DNA of 64,000 bases from Patescibacteria group bacterium (GCA_018817595.1 JAHITU010000001.1:32109-96108), one strand, 5' to 3'; numbered from the stretch's first letter, positions 49,350 to 57,587 are shown. Made by a program: numbers and translations. Notes: generated by a model not told the origin, from the sequence alone.

Positions 49350-49366
49350 TGTAAAGTATTTTTACA
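49350..49366. promoter_or_regulatory. Candidate operator palindrome TGTAAA-N5-TTTACA next to a TTGACA-N17-TAATAT promoter
   Basis: tgtaaagtatttttaca at 49350-49366. The -35 TTGACA is at 49370-49375 and the -10 TAATAT at 49393-49398, driving the + strand gene at 49443. Lies in the divergent lexA-like region. Confidence 0.4.
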
Positions 49367-49442
49367 CTCTTGACACATAAACTTCTTAAGAGTAATATTA
49401 AGCATAGTCGAATATTATTAATATTAATTAACATAAAATATT

Positions 49443-49673
49443 ATGTCAAAATACATTCTTAATCAAAATAAACAGGATTCTAAAAGTGGTGAAAATTATG
49501 AATTACACAACGAAGAAACTTGTCATCACTTACCTGATCCAGAGAATAGGCTTTTTGTAGGATATTTCGATAATTGTCACGATGCTAAAGCACGTGCAAA
49601 AGAAAGATACCCATTAATGAGTTCTGATATTGATGGTTGTTATCATTGTTGCAATTCTTGTCACAATGAATAA
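49443..49673 (+). CDS. Small Cys/His-rich protein (putative zinc-binding)
   Basis: 76 aa with 7 Cys and 5 His (CHHLPDPEN...CHDAKARAKERYPLMSSDIDGCYHCCNSCHNE). A sigma70-like promoter lies upstream. Confidence 0.45.
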   Translation: MSKYILNQNKQDSKSGENYELHNEETCHHLPDPENRLFVGYFDNCHDAKARAKERYPLMSSDIDGCYHCCNSCHNE

Positions 49674-49823
49674 TTAAAATTAAATATTGTAGTTATGTGA
49701 AGAAGTATTAAGCAGATTTTAAAAGTCTGCATGAAAATGTGTTTGAAAAAGTAACAACGCATTTTTATGCAGGCTTTTTGCTTTGTGTGAAATGCAATTA
49801 ATAGCATTAAACATAAAAATATA

Positions 49824-51116
49824 ATGAATAAGAAAAATTTATTGCCACTTGAATGGCATACAGAGAAATTATTAGTTAAAGATTTGAAATCTTGGAAAGA
49901 AAATCCGAGAACAATTACAAAAGAAAGTCTTGCAAAGTTAAAGGATAGAATTATACAACGAGGGATGCATGATGTAGTAAAAATAGATACAGATAATACA
50001 ATCTTATCAGGAAATCAAAGAAGAAAAGTGCTTATTGATATGGATATAAAAGAAGTAACCGCTCTTATCCCTAATCGACCTCTTACAAAAGAAGAAAGAG
50101 ATAAAGTCGCACTTGAAAGTAACCATAACGATGGTGAGTGGAATTTTGATGAATTAAAATCATTTGACTTAGACACTCTTATCGATGTAGGTTTTGATAA
50201 AACAAGGTTGGAAGATATATGGGACGAACATTTAGAAGTAACTAATGATGATTTTGATGAAGTCGCTGAATTAGAAAAAATAAAGGAAACAGATATTAAA
50301 TCAGGTGACATGTTTAAATTAGGAAAACACACTTTAATTTGTGGAAATGCTCTTGATCCAAATGTTGTTAACCGTCTTATGGGAGATGTTAGAGCTGATT
50401 TTATTGATGATGATTTACCTTTTAACATAGGTTTATCTTATGATAAAGGAGTGGGTAATAAATCGAGTTATGGTGGTACAACAGATGATAACAAAACAGA
50501 TGAAGAATATAGAATTTTTGTAAAAACAATTATACAAAATGCATTATCTGTTTCAAAACCAAATTGTCATTATATCTTTTGGTGCGACGAAAGATATGTC
50601 TGGTTATTTCAGACTCTATATAAAGAACTAGGAATTGATTCTAAAAGATTGCTTATTTGGTTGAAGAATAATAGTTCCCCGACACCCACTGTAGCATTCA
50701 ATAAAGTAACAGAATTTGCCGTATACGGTACTCGTGGAAAAGTTTATCTTTCTAAAAGTGTTAACAACTTACATGAAATTACTAACAAAGAATTTACAAC
50801 AGGTAATAGTTTATCTGAGGAAATTCTAGATCAGTTGAATATTTGGATAGTTAAGAGACTACCAAGTAACCAATATTCTCACCCTACGCAGAAGAATCCT
50901 GAATTACATGAAAAAGCGCTTCGTAGATGTACAAGATCAGGTGATGTTGTTTTGGATTTAACAGCAGGTTCAGGAAGTTTACTTTCGGCATGTGAACAAT
51001 TAAATCGTGTAGCGTATTTGTGTGAATTAGAACCAATATTTTGTCAGGTCATTATTAATCGTTTCCATGCTCAAACTGGAATTAAAGCAGTAAAAATAGA
51101 ACATGAAAAAAGATAG
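49824..51116 (+). CDS. ParB-like nuclease domain fused to an N6/N4 DNA methyltransferase
   Basis: 430 aa. N-terminal ParB box (SGNQRRKVL). Beta-class MTase order with motif IV-like DDDLPFN before motif I LDLTAGSGS. Confidence 0.7.
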   Translation: MNKKNLLPLEWHTEKLLVKDLKSWKENPRTITKESLAKLKDRIIQRGMHDVVKIDTDNTILSGNQRRKVLIDMDIKEVTALIPNRPLTKEERDKVALESNHNDGEWNFDELKSFDLDTLIDVGFDKTRLEDIWDEHLEVTNDDFDEVAELEKIKETDIKSGDMFKLGKHTLICGNALDPNVVNRLMGDVRADFIDDDLPFNIGLSYDKGVGNKSSYGGTTDDNKTDEEYRIFVKTIIQNALSVSKPNCHYIFWCDERYVWLFQTLYKELGIDSKRLLIWLKNNSSPTPTVAFNKVTEFAVYGTRGKVYLSKSVNNLHEITNKEFTTGNSLSEEILDQLNIWIVKRLPSNQYSHPTQKNPELHEKALRRCTRSGDVVLDLTAGSGSLLSACEQLNRVAYLCELEPIFCQVIINRFHAQTGIKAVKIEHEKR

Positions 51117-51519
51117 AGTCCAATCAAAACTTATCAAAGAACTAGAAAAAGTACCGATTGTGAGTGTTGCTTGTCGACGAAGTGGTGTATCACGTAATAG
51201 TTTTTATCGATGGTGTAATGAAGACCCTTATTTCGCATCACTAATAAATGACGCGTTGATAGAAGGAGAAGATTTTATAAATGACTTAAGTGAAAGTCAA
51301 TTAATAACCCTTATCAAAGAAAAAAAGTTTTCTGCGATTCGTTTTTGGCTAACACATCGTCATTCTAAATTCAAAAAGCAAGAGAGAGAAATATCTAAAA
51401 AAGACGATTTCGATTCCGAAATGGTTATTAAGACATTAGGATTAACCGATGAAGATTTCAAAGATGAGAATCTTAAAGAAACTACAAATAAAATTACTGA
51501 TCACCTATTAAATCTATAA
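51103..51519 (+). CDS. HTH DNA-binding protein (terminase-small-subunit-like)
   Basis: 138 aa. VSVACRRSGVSRNSFYRWCNEDPYF HTH. Overlaps the MTase gene by 14 nt. Confidence 0.45.
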   Translation: MKKDRVQSKLIKELEKVPIVSVACRRSGVSRNSFYRWCNEDPYFASLINDALIEGEDFINDLSESQLITLIKEKKFSAIRFWLTHRHSKFKKQEREISKKDDFDSEMVIKTLGLTDEDFKDENLKETTNKITDHLLNL

Positions 51520-51522
51520 AGA

Positions 51523-52047
51523 TTATTCAATCCATTCCATAACCTCTAGATAATCATATCCAGTTGCAAAATCAATATTTTGATTAAGGTTTTTAGCTGT
51601 TCCGTTAACTGCTTTAACTAAAGATTCTAACTTAGATTTATCTGTTATGTTTAGAGCTTCATATGAAGGAATAAGAAATATAGCTTTTCCTAAATTTGTA
51701 TCCATTATTCCAATATACCCATCTCCTTTTCTATTTTTGGTTGCATAAAATGGATATTCATAAATTTTTGGATCGTTATCAACTATCCTTGCAATAGTGT
51801 ATTGAACAAACACAGCAGATAAATTTTTATCTTTATCTATTATTGTATTTTCAAGTCTATTTAAACTAGTTGTATAAGGGTTAGGTTTAACAATTTGTTT
51901 TGTATTAATAACTTCCTCTGCTTTATTGTTGTCTGTTTTTTCAACAATATTTATTGTTTTACTAATTTCTTTTGTTGAATCATTAGATCCTAATAAATAG
52001 AGAAATGTAACAAAAACAAAAATCCCTAATAATATTTTTCTTCTCAT
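51523..52047 (-). CDS. Hypothetical secreted protein
   Basis: 174 aa with an N-terminal signal/TM segment (MRRKILLGIFVFVTFLYLLG). Confidence 0.4.
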   Translation of the reverse strand: MRRKILLGIFVFVTFLYLLGSNDSTKEISKTINIVEKTDNNKAEEVINTKQIVKPNPYTTSLNRLENTIIDKDKNLSAVFVQYTIARIVDNDPKIYEYPFYATKNRKGDGYIGIMDTNLGKAIFLIPSYEALNITDKSKLESLVKAVNGTAKNLNQNIDFATGYDYLEVMEWIE

Positions 52048-52050
52048 TTT

Positions 52051-52215
52051 TCGCGTAGGTTTTAATTAATAATGATCTAGTATAGTAAAAACAAAAATGG
52101 CTACACAAGACCGACGGCAACCCTCTTTCGAAGATTACCCTGCCTCCCTTTCGGGTGCAGACCTACGCGAATAAGTGCCGGCTTATGTAGCCGTTTTTAT
52201 TCGCGTAGGTTTTTT
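52051..52215. repeat. GC-enriched inverted/direct-repeat cluster upstream of the serine recombinase
   Basis: Direct repeat ttcgcgtaggtttt at 52051 and 52201. Inverted repeats cctacgcgaa/ttcgcgtagg and ggctacacaag/cttatgtagcc. Confidence 0.5.
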
Positions 52216-52317
52216 ATTTGTACCATGCTAAATGTAAATTTAGTTTAGGTATTGTCAATTGATATAATACAGTATCCTTAATGTATTATCTACTCATTAT
52301 ATCGCAGTTCATTTGTT

Positions 52318-53715
52318 TTGCTAAGGAAAGTTACCAACACGTTGTCGACATCAAAATGCTTAGCAAAAGACTCTTTCTCTGTCATTAATATAGGTATGGA
52401 AACGAATACATTTTCACAACAAACTCAATCGGCAATTATTCCAGATATTAAAATGAGATATTGTTTATACGCAAGAAAAAGTACGGAATCAGATGAACGG
52501 CAAGCTTTATCCATAGAATCACAAGTTAAAGAAATGTTACAGATAGCCGAAAGAGAAGGTCTTGAAATTGTTGATATTAGAAGAGAATCTAAATCAGCTA
52601 AAGATTCAAATAATAGACCTGTTTTTAAAGAATTACTTCTTGATATATCAAAAGAACGATTCAATGCTATCCTCACATGGGCACCTGATAGATTATCTAG
52701 AAATGCAGGTGATCTTGGTTCGGTTGTAGATTTAATGGATGCTAAAAAACTTTTAGGTATTCGTACTTACGGACAGACATTTTCAAATTCTCCAAATGAA
52801 AAATTTCTTTTAATGATTCTTTGTTCTCAAGCAAAATTAGAAAATGACAATAGAGGTATAAATGTAAAAAGAGGATTAAGAACCAGATGTGAAATGGGAT
52901 TATGGCCAACTTGTCCACCCACAGGATATTTCAAAGAAAAAAGAATGGATAGGAAATGTGAGTGTATCATAGATGAAAAAAGAGCTCCTGTTATAAAACA
53001 AATTTTTGAAAAAGTAGCTTACGAAAAATGGTCTGGTAGAAAACTTTATCATTGGCTTAGATTTGATTTAAACTTCAGAACAGAATTAGGAAAGAAACAT
53101 TTAAGTTTAGGAAATATTTATCGATTATTAGAAAACACATTCTATTATGGAACTTTTGAATATCCTAGAGGTAGTGGTAATTGGTATCAAGGGAAACATA
53201 AACCAATTATTACAAAAGAATTGTTTAATTTAGTTCAAGAACAAGTAAAAAATTCTCAATTGGTTAGAAAAGAAAATATAGAATTTGCATTTACTAAAAT
53301 TATGAAATGTGGATTATGTGGTTCTGGAATTTCGGCAAGTGAGAAATTTAAAAAGTTAAAAAATGGAGATTTTAACCGTCATATATATTATGGTTGTACT
53401 AAAGCAAAAGATAAAAATTGTAAATGTGGTTATATCAATGAAACTGATTTGATTAAACAACTACAAAAACTTGTAGATAAATTAGATTTTAAAAAAACTC
53501 TTATAGAAGATAAAATTAAATTAGAAATTAAGAGATTTAAAAAATTTCAAAATATGATTGTTGGTAAAAGTAATGAAATCAAAGTAAGTGATGTAGATAT
53601 AAAAAATTATATAAAATTTATTTTGAAAGAGGGGGAAAATCAAGAAAAAAGAGAATTAATGAAATGTTTTAAATCAAGAATAAAGATAGTTAAGAAAAGT
53701 ATAAATATTAATTAA
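52318..53715 (+). CDS. Large serine recombinase (resolvase/integrase family)
   Basis: The catalytic N-domain YARKSTESDERQALSIESQ contains the nucleophile Ser. A recombinase domain and a Cys-rich zinc ribbon (CGLCGS...C...C) follow. The true start is probably internal (M27 or M46, near 52396 or 52453). Confidence 0.8.
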   Translation: MLRKVTNTLSTSKCLAKDSFSVINIGMETNTFSQQTQSAIIPDIKMRYCLYARKSTESDERQALSIESQVKEMLQIAEREGLEIVDIRRESKSAKDSNNRPVFKELLLDISKERFNAILTWAPDRLSRNAGDLGSVVDLMDAKKLLGIRTYGQTFSNSPNEKFLLMILCSQAKLENDNRGINVKRGLRTRCEMGLWPTCPPTGYFKEKRMDRKCECIIDEKRAPVIKQIFEKVAYEKWSGRKLYHWLRFDLNFRTELGKKHLSLGNIYRLLENTFYYGTFEYPRGSGNWYQGKHKPIITKELFNLVQEQVKNSQLVRKENIEFAFTKIMKCGLCGSGISASEKFKKLKNGDFNRHIYYGCTKAKDKNCKCGYINETDLIKQLQKLVDKLDFKKTLIEDKIKLEIKRFKKFQNMIVGKSNEIKVSDVDIKNYIKFILKEGENQEKRELMKCFKSRIKIVKKSININ

Positions 53716-55151
53716 ACATTTAATATAGATTGTAAACGCTCTTCTAGAATTGAATCAAAATTTTTATCTGATTCTTTTCGTAATTCAATCATATCTATTA
53801 AATCTTTATCAGATAGTGGAAATATAATTACTCCATGGCGAAGATAGTGTTGTTGAGAACGTTTAATATCATTATTAGAAATATCCTTTCTTTGTATTAA
53901 AAATATAAATTCTCTACGATCTTTTAGTGTATAACCTAAGGCTTGATTAAATTCCTTATTTCCTACTTTTGTTTTATCAAAATTTTTTGCTTCGATGATT
54001 AATGAGGCAACAATAATTTTAGTTTTCTCTATAACTTTAAAAAAATTTGTTTTTGATGCGTTCAAAAAGTTTACATCATATCTATAAGTATCACCAAATG
54101 AACGAGTTTCTATTTTACCTCTTAATAAATTATCCCCATAAAGAGCTTGGAAAATTTTCATTAACATCTGACTATATTCAGCAGACATTTCACTTCCTGG
54201 AATAATATTTTCTATTTCTTTTATATATTTATCCCAATTTATTTTAGGTTTTCTCGGTCTACGTTTGTTCTCAAATTTATGTGGATTATCTACGTATTTA
54301 TTAATTAATTTTGGTCTTTCTTCTGAAAGTTTTCTTGCTGCAGAAATAACTCCTTTAACTTTAAATTGACGAAGTAATTTTTCTTCTATATCTTTTATTA
54401 ATACTTTAGGTTCTTTTCCTATACTACCAAAAGAATTTATACGCGATATTTCTTCATGTTGAAGTATATATTTAAGAAAACCTTTATAAAATTCATCTGT
54501 AGATAAAATTGGCATTTTTCTAACTATATGCCTAGGTACTAAAAGCCTATACTCTCCATTATTAAAATAAGGTAGATTAACTTTTAGTCTAGGTTTCCAT
54601 TCTTTTGAATTAAAATCAAAACCTCTTGGTAAAGGAACAGTTATTGTTTTTAAATCATAAGTTTCAACTTGTTCTTTTGTGTATTTAATTAAGTTATCAA
54701 GAGCAAATCCTGCAGTCATATCAGATATAAGATCTGGGCCAAAACCTTCTATTTGAATAACTAATTCAGCCAAGGCTTTCAACCCAACTTTTTTTATATC
54801 AGGATTATCAAAAATAGTTTCCTTAAGAAGTAATGCTCTTTTTCCTGCTGTTCCTGAACCTTCTGTTCCTTTTACACAGTGACCAAATCCTAACTCCTGA
54901 GCTTCTGGAAAATGTAAAAATTCTAGTAGTTTAGCAGTATTAATCTTTTTATTTTTATATTTTTCAAGTAAATCATTAAAATACCAAAACATCATAGCCT
55001 GAACTTCATTCCAGATTTTATCATCTGTTTCGTACATTAAATAAACATCTAAATATACCGGGATATCTTTATCCTTATCAGGAAAAATAAAATCAACTTC
55101 ATATTGTTTATACTCAGATTGAATGTCATCAAGTGTTTTTAGTTTTTTCAT
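53712..55151 (-). CDS. Hypothetical protein with a possible C-terminal PD-(D/E)xK-like motif
   Basis: 479 aa. ...YDVNF...IIVASLIIEAKNF (D...ExK). Convergent with the recombinase gene. Confidence 0.35.
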   Translation of the reverse strand: MKKLKTLDDIQSEYKQYEVDFIFPDKDKDIPVYLDVYLMYETDDKIWNEVQAMMFWYFNDLLEKYKNKKINTAKLLEFLHFPEAQELGFGHCVKGTEGSGTAGKRALLLKETIFDNPDIKKVGLKALAELVIQIEGFGPDLISDMTAGFALDNLIKYTKEQVETYDLKTITVPLPRGFDFNSKEWKPRLKVNLPYFNNGEYRLLVPRHIVRKMPILSTDEFYKGFLKYILQHEEISRINSFGSIGKEPKVLIKDIEEKLLRQFKVKGVISAARKLSEERPKLINKYVDNPHKFENKRRPRKPKINWDKYIKEIENIIPGSEMSAEYSQMLMKIFQALYGDNLLRGKIETRSFGDTYRYDVNFLNASKTNFFKVIEKTKIIVASLIIEAKNFDKTKVGNKEFNQALGYTLKDRREFIFLIQRKDISNNDIKRSQQHYLRHGVIIFPLSDKDLIDMIELRKESDKNFDSILEERLQSILNV

Positions 55152-55324
55152 TTGATTTTTTATACAATTATATTAATTAATAATACAAAATATAATCATA
55201 TAACACCATAGATAATTTAAAATATATAAATTTAAATGAATAATAATAAATAAAAAACACCTAATTAGGTGTTTTTTATTTATTAAAGCTATTTCGTGCT
55301 AGCACGATGTTGCGGAGAGGGAGG

Positions 55325-55411
55325 GATTCGAACCCTCGGAGGTTTTAACACCTCGGCACGTTAGCAGTGTGCTGGTTTAAGCCACTCACCCACCTCTCCG
55401 TGTTTTTATTT
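55325..55411 (-). tRNA. tRNA-Ser (anticodon GCU), long variable arm
   Basis: Acceptor GGAGAGG/CCTCTCC, D stem GGT/ACC, anticodon loop CUGCUAA, variable arm GAGGT...ACCTC, T arm GAGGG-TTCGAAT-CCCTC. The 3' end is the element's direct-repeat core. Confidence 0.7.
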
Positions 55412-55544
55412 AATTGTAATCGGTCGGGATTCGGTCTCAAATCAAGACATCTTCGTATTTGTATTACCCCTATAAGTTAACATATTTTAAACTTTTTTTC
55501 TATATAAAAAACCAAGGCGAAGTGTTTCCATCACTTCGCCTATT

Positions 55545-55727
55545 TATTTATAGAGAATCAATTCCAGAGCCAAGAACTCTGAATTTAATTCCGTCTATTC
55601 CTGTTGATTGATGGGCTCTTTCAAAAGCCCTCCCTAAAGCTTCTCGGAGTCCATCTCCTGATTCTTTTTTTGTTTCTTCTTCTTGAGGAGGTTCTCCTTT
55701 TCTTTTTCTTTTATTTTCTTTAGTCAA
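55545..55727 (-). CDS. Small basic protein (60 aa, TTG start), not in the ORF table
   Basis: RBS AAAGGAGG 5 nt upstream of TTG(55727). Product MTKENKRKRKGEPPQEEETKKESGDGLREALGRAFERAHQSTGIDGIKFRVLGSGMILYK. A hairpin plus T-run terminator at 55505-55542 follows directly. Confidence 0.4.
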
Positions 55728-55861
55728 AATAGCCTCCTTTTTTTAACAAGTTAATATCTACCTAAAAAATACCATATTTATTTTTAAAAATCTATATCAA
55801 ATATTCACAATATATAAGATAATTAAAATTAATTAAGATATAATTAAAAAAACAAAAAATT

Positions 55862-56443
55862 ATGAAGAGTAAAAACAAAATTTTAATTATTTTAGGACAT
55901 CCTCTTAAAGATTCTTTTTGTGGGGCTTTGGCTCAGTCATATATAAAAGGAGCAAATGAAAGCTCTAAGGAAATAAAAACTATTTACCTAGGGGATTTAG
56001 ACTTTGACCCTGTTTTAAGAAATGGATACAAAAAAATTCAAGAACTAGAACCTGATTTAATTAATGCTCAAGAAAAAATAAAGTGGGCAGAACATATTGT
56101 TTTAATTTATCCGACTTGGTGGGCCACCTATCCAGCCTTGGTTAAAGGATTTTTTGATAGAATACTATTACCTTCCTTTGGATTTAGGTTTGAAAAAGAG
56201 AGTAACTGGCTACCTAAAAAATTATTAAAAGGACGCACCCTGCAATTAATAATCACCATGGATGGACCGCCTTTGTTATATAGGTTTTTCTTAGGTAATT
56301 TACATAAAAAAATTATTAAACAGACATTAGGTTTTTGTGGGATTAAATTAACCAAAACAAATTATTTTGGTTCTATGAAAAAGTCTAGCTCTTATCAAAG
56401 AAAAAAATGGTTAGATACTGTTTATAGTTTTGGAAAAAAATAA
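55862..56443 (+). CDS. Flavodoxin-like NAD(P)H-dependent oxidoreductase
   Basis: 193 aa. MKSKNKILIILGHPLKDSFCGALAQSY with a KefF/MdaB-like fold signature. Confidence 0.65.
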   Translation: MKSKNKILIILGHPLKDSFCGALAQSYIKGANESSKEIKTIYLGDLDFDPVLRNGYKKIQELEPDLINAQEKIKWAEHIVLIYPTWWATYPALVKGFFDRILLPSFGFRFEKESNWLPKKLLKGRTLQLIITMDGPPLLYRFFLGNLHKKIIKQTLGFCGIKLTKTNYFGSMKKSSSYQRKKWLDTVYSFGKK

Positions 56444-56524
56444 CCTAAACAAAAATACAACTCAAATGAGTTGTATTTTTGTTTAGAATTATAAATTTTA
56501 GATTTTAAATTTTAAATTTCTGGA

Positions 56525-56584
56525 CCTGCCTGCCCACGCCTGCCCACGCCTGCCGGCGCGCTGGGACGCGCAGGGGCAGGCAGG
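56525..56584. repeat. Family-A repeat copy (orientation matches + strand transcription; internal duplication)
   Basis: cctgcctgcccacgcctgcccacgcctgccggcgcgctgggacgcgcaggggcaggcagg, 80 nt after the stop of 55862-56443. Confidence 0.75.
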
Positions 56585-56741
56585 CTGCTTTGTCGAGTAA
56601 ATTTTATTTATATAGTTGTAACAAAGTGCTGGGGAAACAATCTAGTTTTTTATATATATTAAAAGGGCTTAAAATATATCTATTAAATAGCCCTCCGCCA
56701 GCTGGCGGACGGTTGGGCTATTTAATTTATGCAAAACAAAA

Positions 56742-56775
56742 ATCCCCCCATGCATCTGCGGGGGGATTTTTTTTA
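56742..56775. terminator. Bidirectional rho-independent terminator
   Basis: atcccccc-atgcatctgc-ggggggat with a T-run on the + strand and an A-run upstream, so it is U-rich on both strands. Confidence 0.6.
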
Positions 56776-56903
56776 AAATCAATCAATTTTAAAAAAATGG
56801 AATTAATTTGTACCGCGCCAATTCCTTTGGCGCTAAATATCGAATCGCATCACTTTCCTCCTGTTGAGTTGCCACTATCCTTGATAGTGGCAGACCAGAC
56901 CGT

Positions 56904-57026
56904 CTATTTAAGGCAATTGTTGTCCTGTGCGCCGACGACTACCTCGTCATTCATTGTGGCTGCGGACTGACCGGAAAAGGCAACTTCTTCATAAGAAGCG
57001 CTGTTGGGAAAAATTTTGGGATTCAT
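56904..57026 (-). CDS. Possible 40-aa ORF inside a GC-rich structured segment (may be non-coding)
   Basis: GGAGAG RBS 7 nt before ATG(57026). Product MNPKIFPNSASYEEVAFSGQSAATMNDEVVVGAQDNNCLK. Codons are GC-rich, unlike the genome. A perfect palindrome agccacaattgtggct (57061-57076) and a TTGCGT...TAAATT promoter lie upstream. Confidence 0.25.
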   Translation of the reverse strand: MNPKIFPNSASYEEVAFSGQSAATMNDEVVVGAQDNNCLK

Positions 57027-57238
57027 AGGATATCTCTCCTTTGAAAAAATTAAGAACTTAAGCCACAATTGTGGCTAACTACTTTATAATTTAACAAATT
57101 TCATAAAAAACGCAAGTCTTTTTGTGGGGAAAAATAAAAAATTTAAACTACTTGGCAGTTCAATTGCCAAGTAGTTTTATTTAAAATTTAAAACCACTAA
57201 AGGGAAAAACTTCTTTCCTTTTAGTGGTTTTTTGCGAA

Positions 57239-57466
57239 TTAATCGCAGGAGCTGGGTTTGGGTGGAGATGTCAGAATTCCTATATCTTTCTTTCCATTGA
57301 AGGGAGGTTCAGATATATCAACATCAGCTCCTCCGCAGGCACCTTCACCACACCGGCAATTTCCTGTATTGCCAGTTACTCGACAGCAGTTTTTTCCTCT
57401 ACCGTTTGGACAAGGATCATTTGGTTCTTTTTTTTCTTTCTTATTTTGGTATTGATGCGCAACCAT
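57239..57466 (-). CDS. Small Cys-rich protein (75 aa; metallothionein- or zinc-ribbon-like)
   Basis: RBS GAGGGG then ATG(57466). A TTGCAT-N16-TATACT promoter at about 57495-57530 and a downstream hairpin terminator at 57186-57235. Seven Cys (CPNGRGKNCCRVTGNTGNCRCGEGACGG). Confidence 0.4.
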   Translation of the reverse strand: MVAHQYQNKKEKKEPNDPCPNGRGKNCCRVTGNTGNCRCGEGACGGADVDISEPPFNGKKDIGILTSPPKPSSCD

Positions 57467-57587
57467 AAGCCCCCCTCTATAAATTAGTTAACAGCTATTA
57501 TTAGTATAAGAATATAATCAAAAAATGCAAGAAAGAAAAAGACGGTCGCTTTTGCGACCGTCTTTTCCCTAATTAGCTAATTCCTAA

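Larger units (their letters stand above)
44727..55411. mobile_element. Putative integrated genetic element at tRNA-Ser(GCU) (serine-recombinase-bearing island)
   Basis: The 20-nt direct repeat tgcggagagggagggattcg at 44872-44891 and 55323-55342 is the tRNA-Ser 3' end. Extra partial or inverted copies lie at 44727-44745, 44803-44822 and 45003-45023. Cargo: a large serine recombinase, a ParB-MTase fusion, a LexA-like repressor, nuclease-like and HEPN-like genes. Confidence 0.55.

Noticed and set aside
44727-55411. Calling the island a complete prophage
   Set aside because: No capsid, portal, tail or large terminase genes are recognisable. Only a recombinase, repressor, ParB-MTase and an HTH terminase-small-like protein are present. 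An integrative element, satellite or defence island is more defensible.
56590-56970. Listed 126-aa + strand ORF
   Set aside because: It reads through a bidirectional terminator and several long perfect hairpins. No RBS is present and its composition is Pro/Leu-rich.
56600-57060. RNase P RNA, suggested by GGAGGAAAGTG resembling the GGAAAGUCCGG P4 strand
   Set aside because: The other universally conserved RNase P blocks (GGUAAGAGCGCACC, ACAGAAnCCGGCUUA) are absent. It is reported only as a structured segment.
57224-57487. Listed + strand ORFs 57224-57487 and 57258-57455
   Set aside because: The promoter, RBS and terminator signals all support the minus-strand 75-aa Cys-rich frame. The + frames lack an RBS and give P/F/S-rich products.
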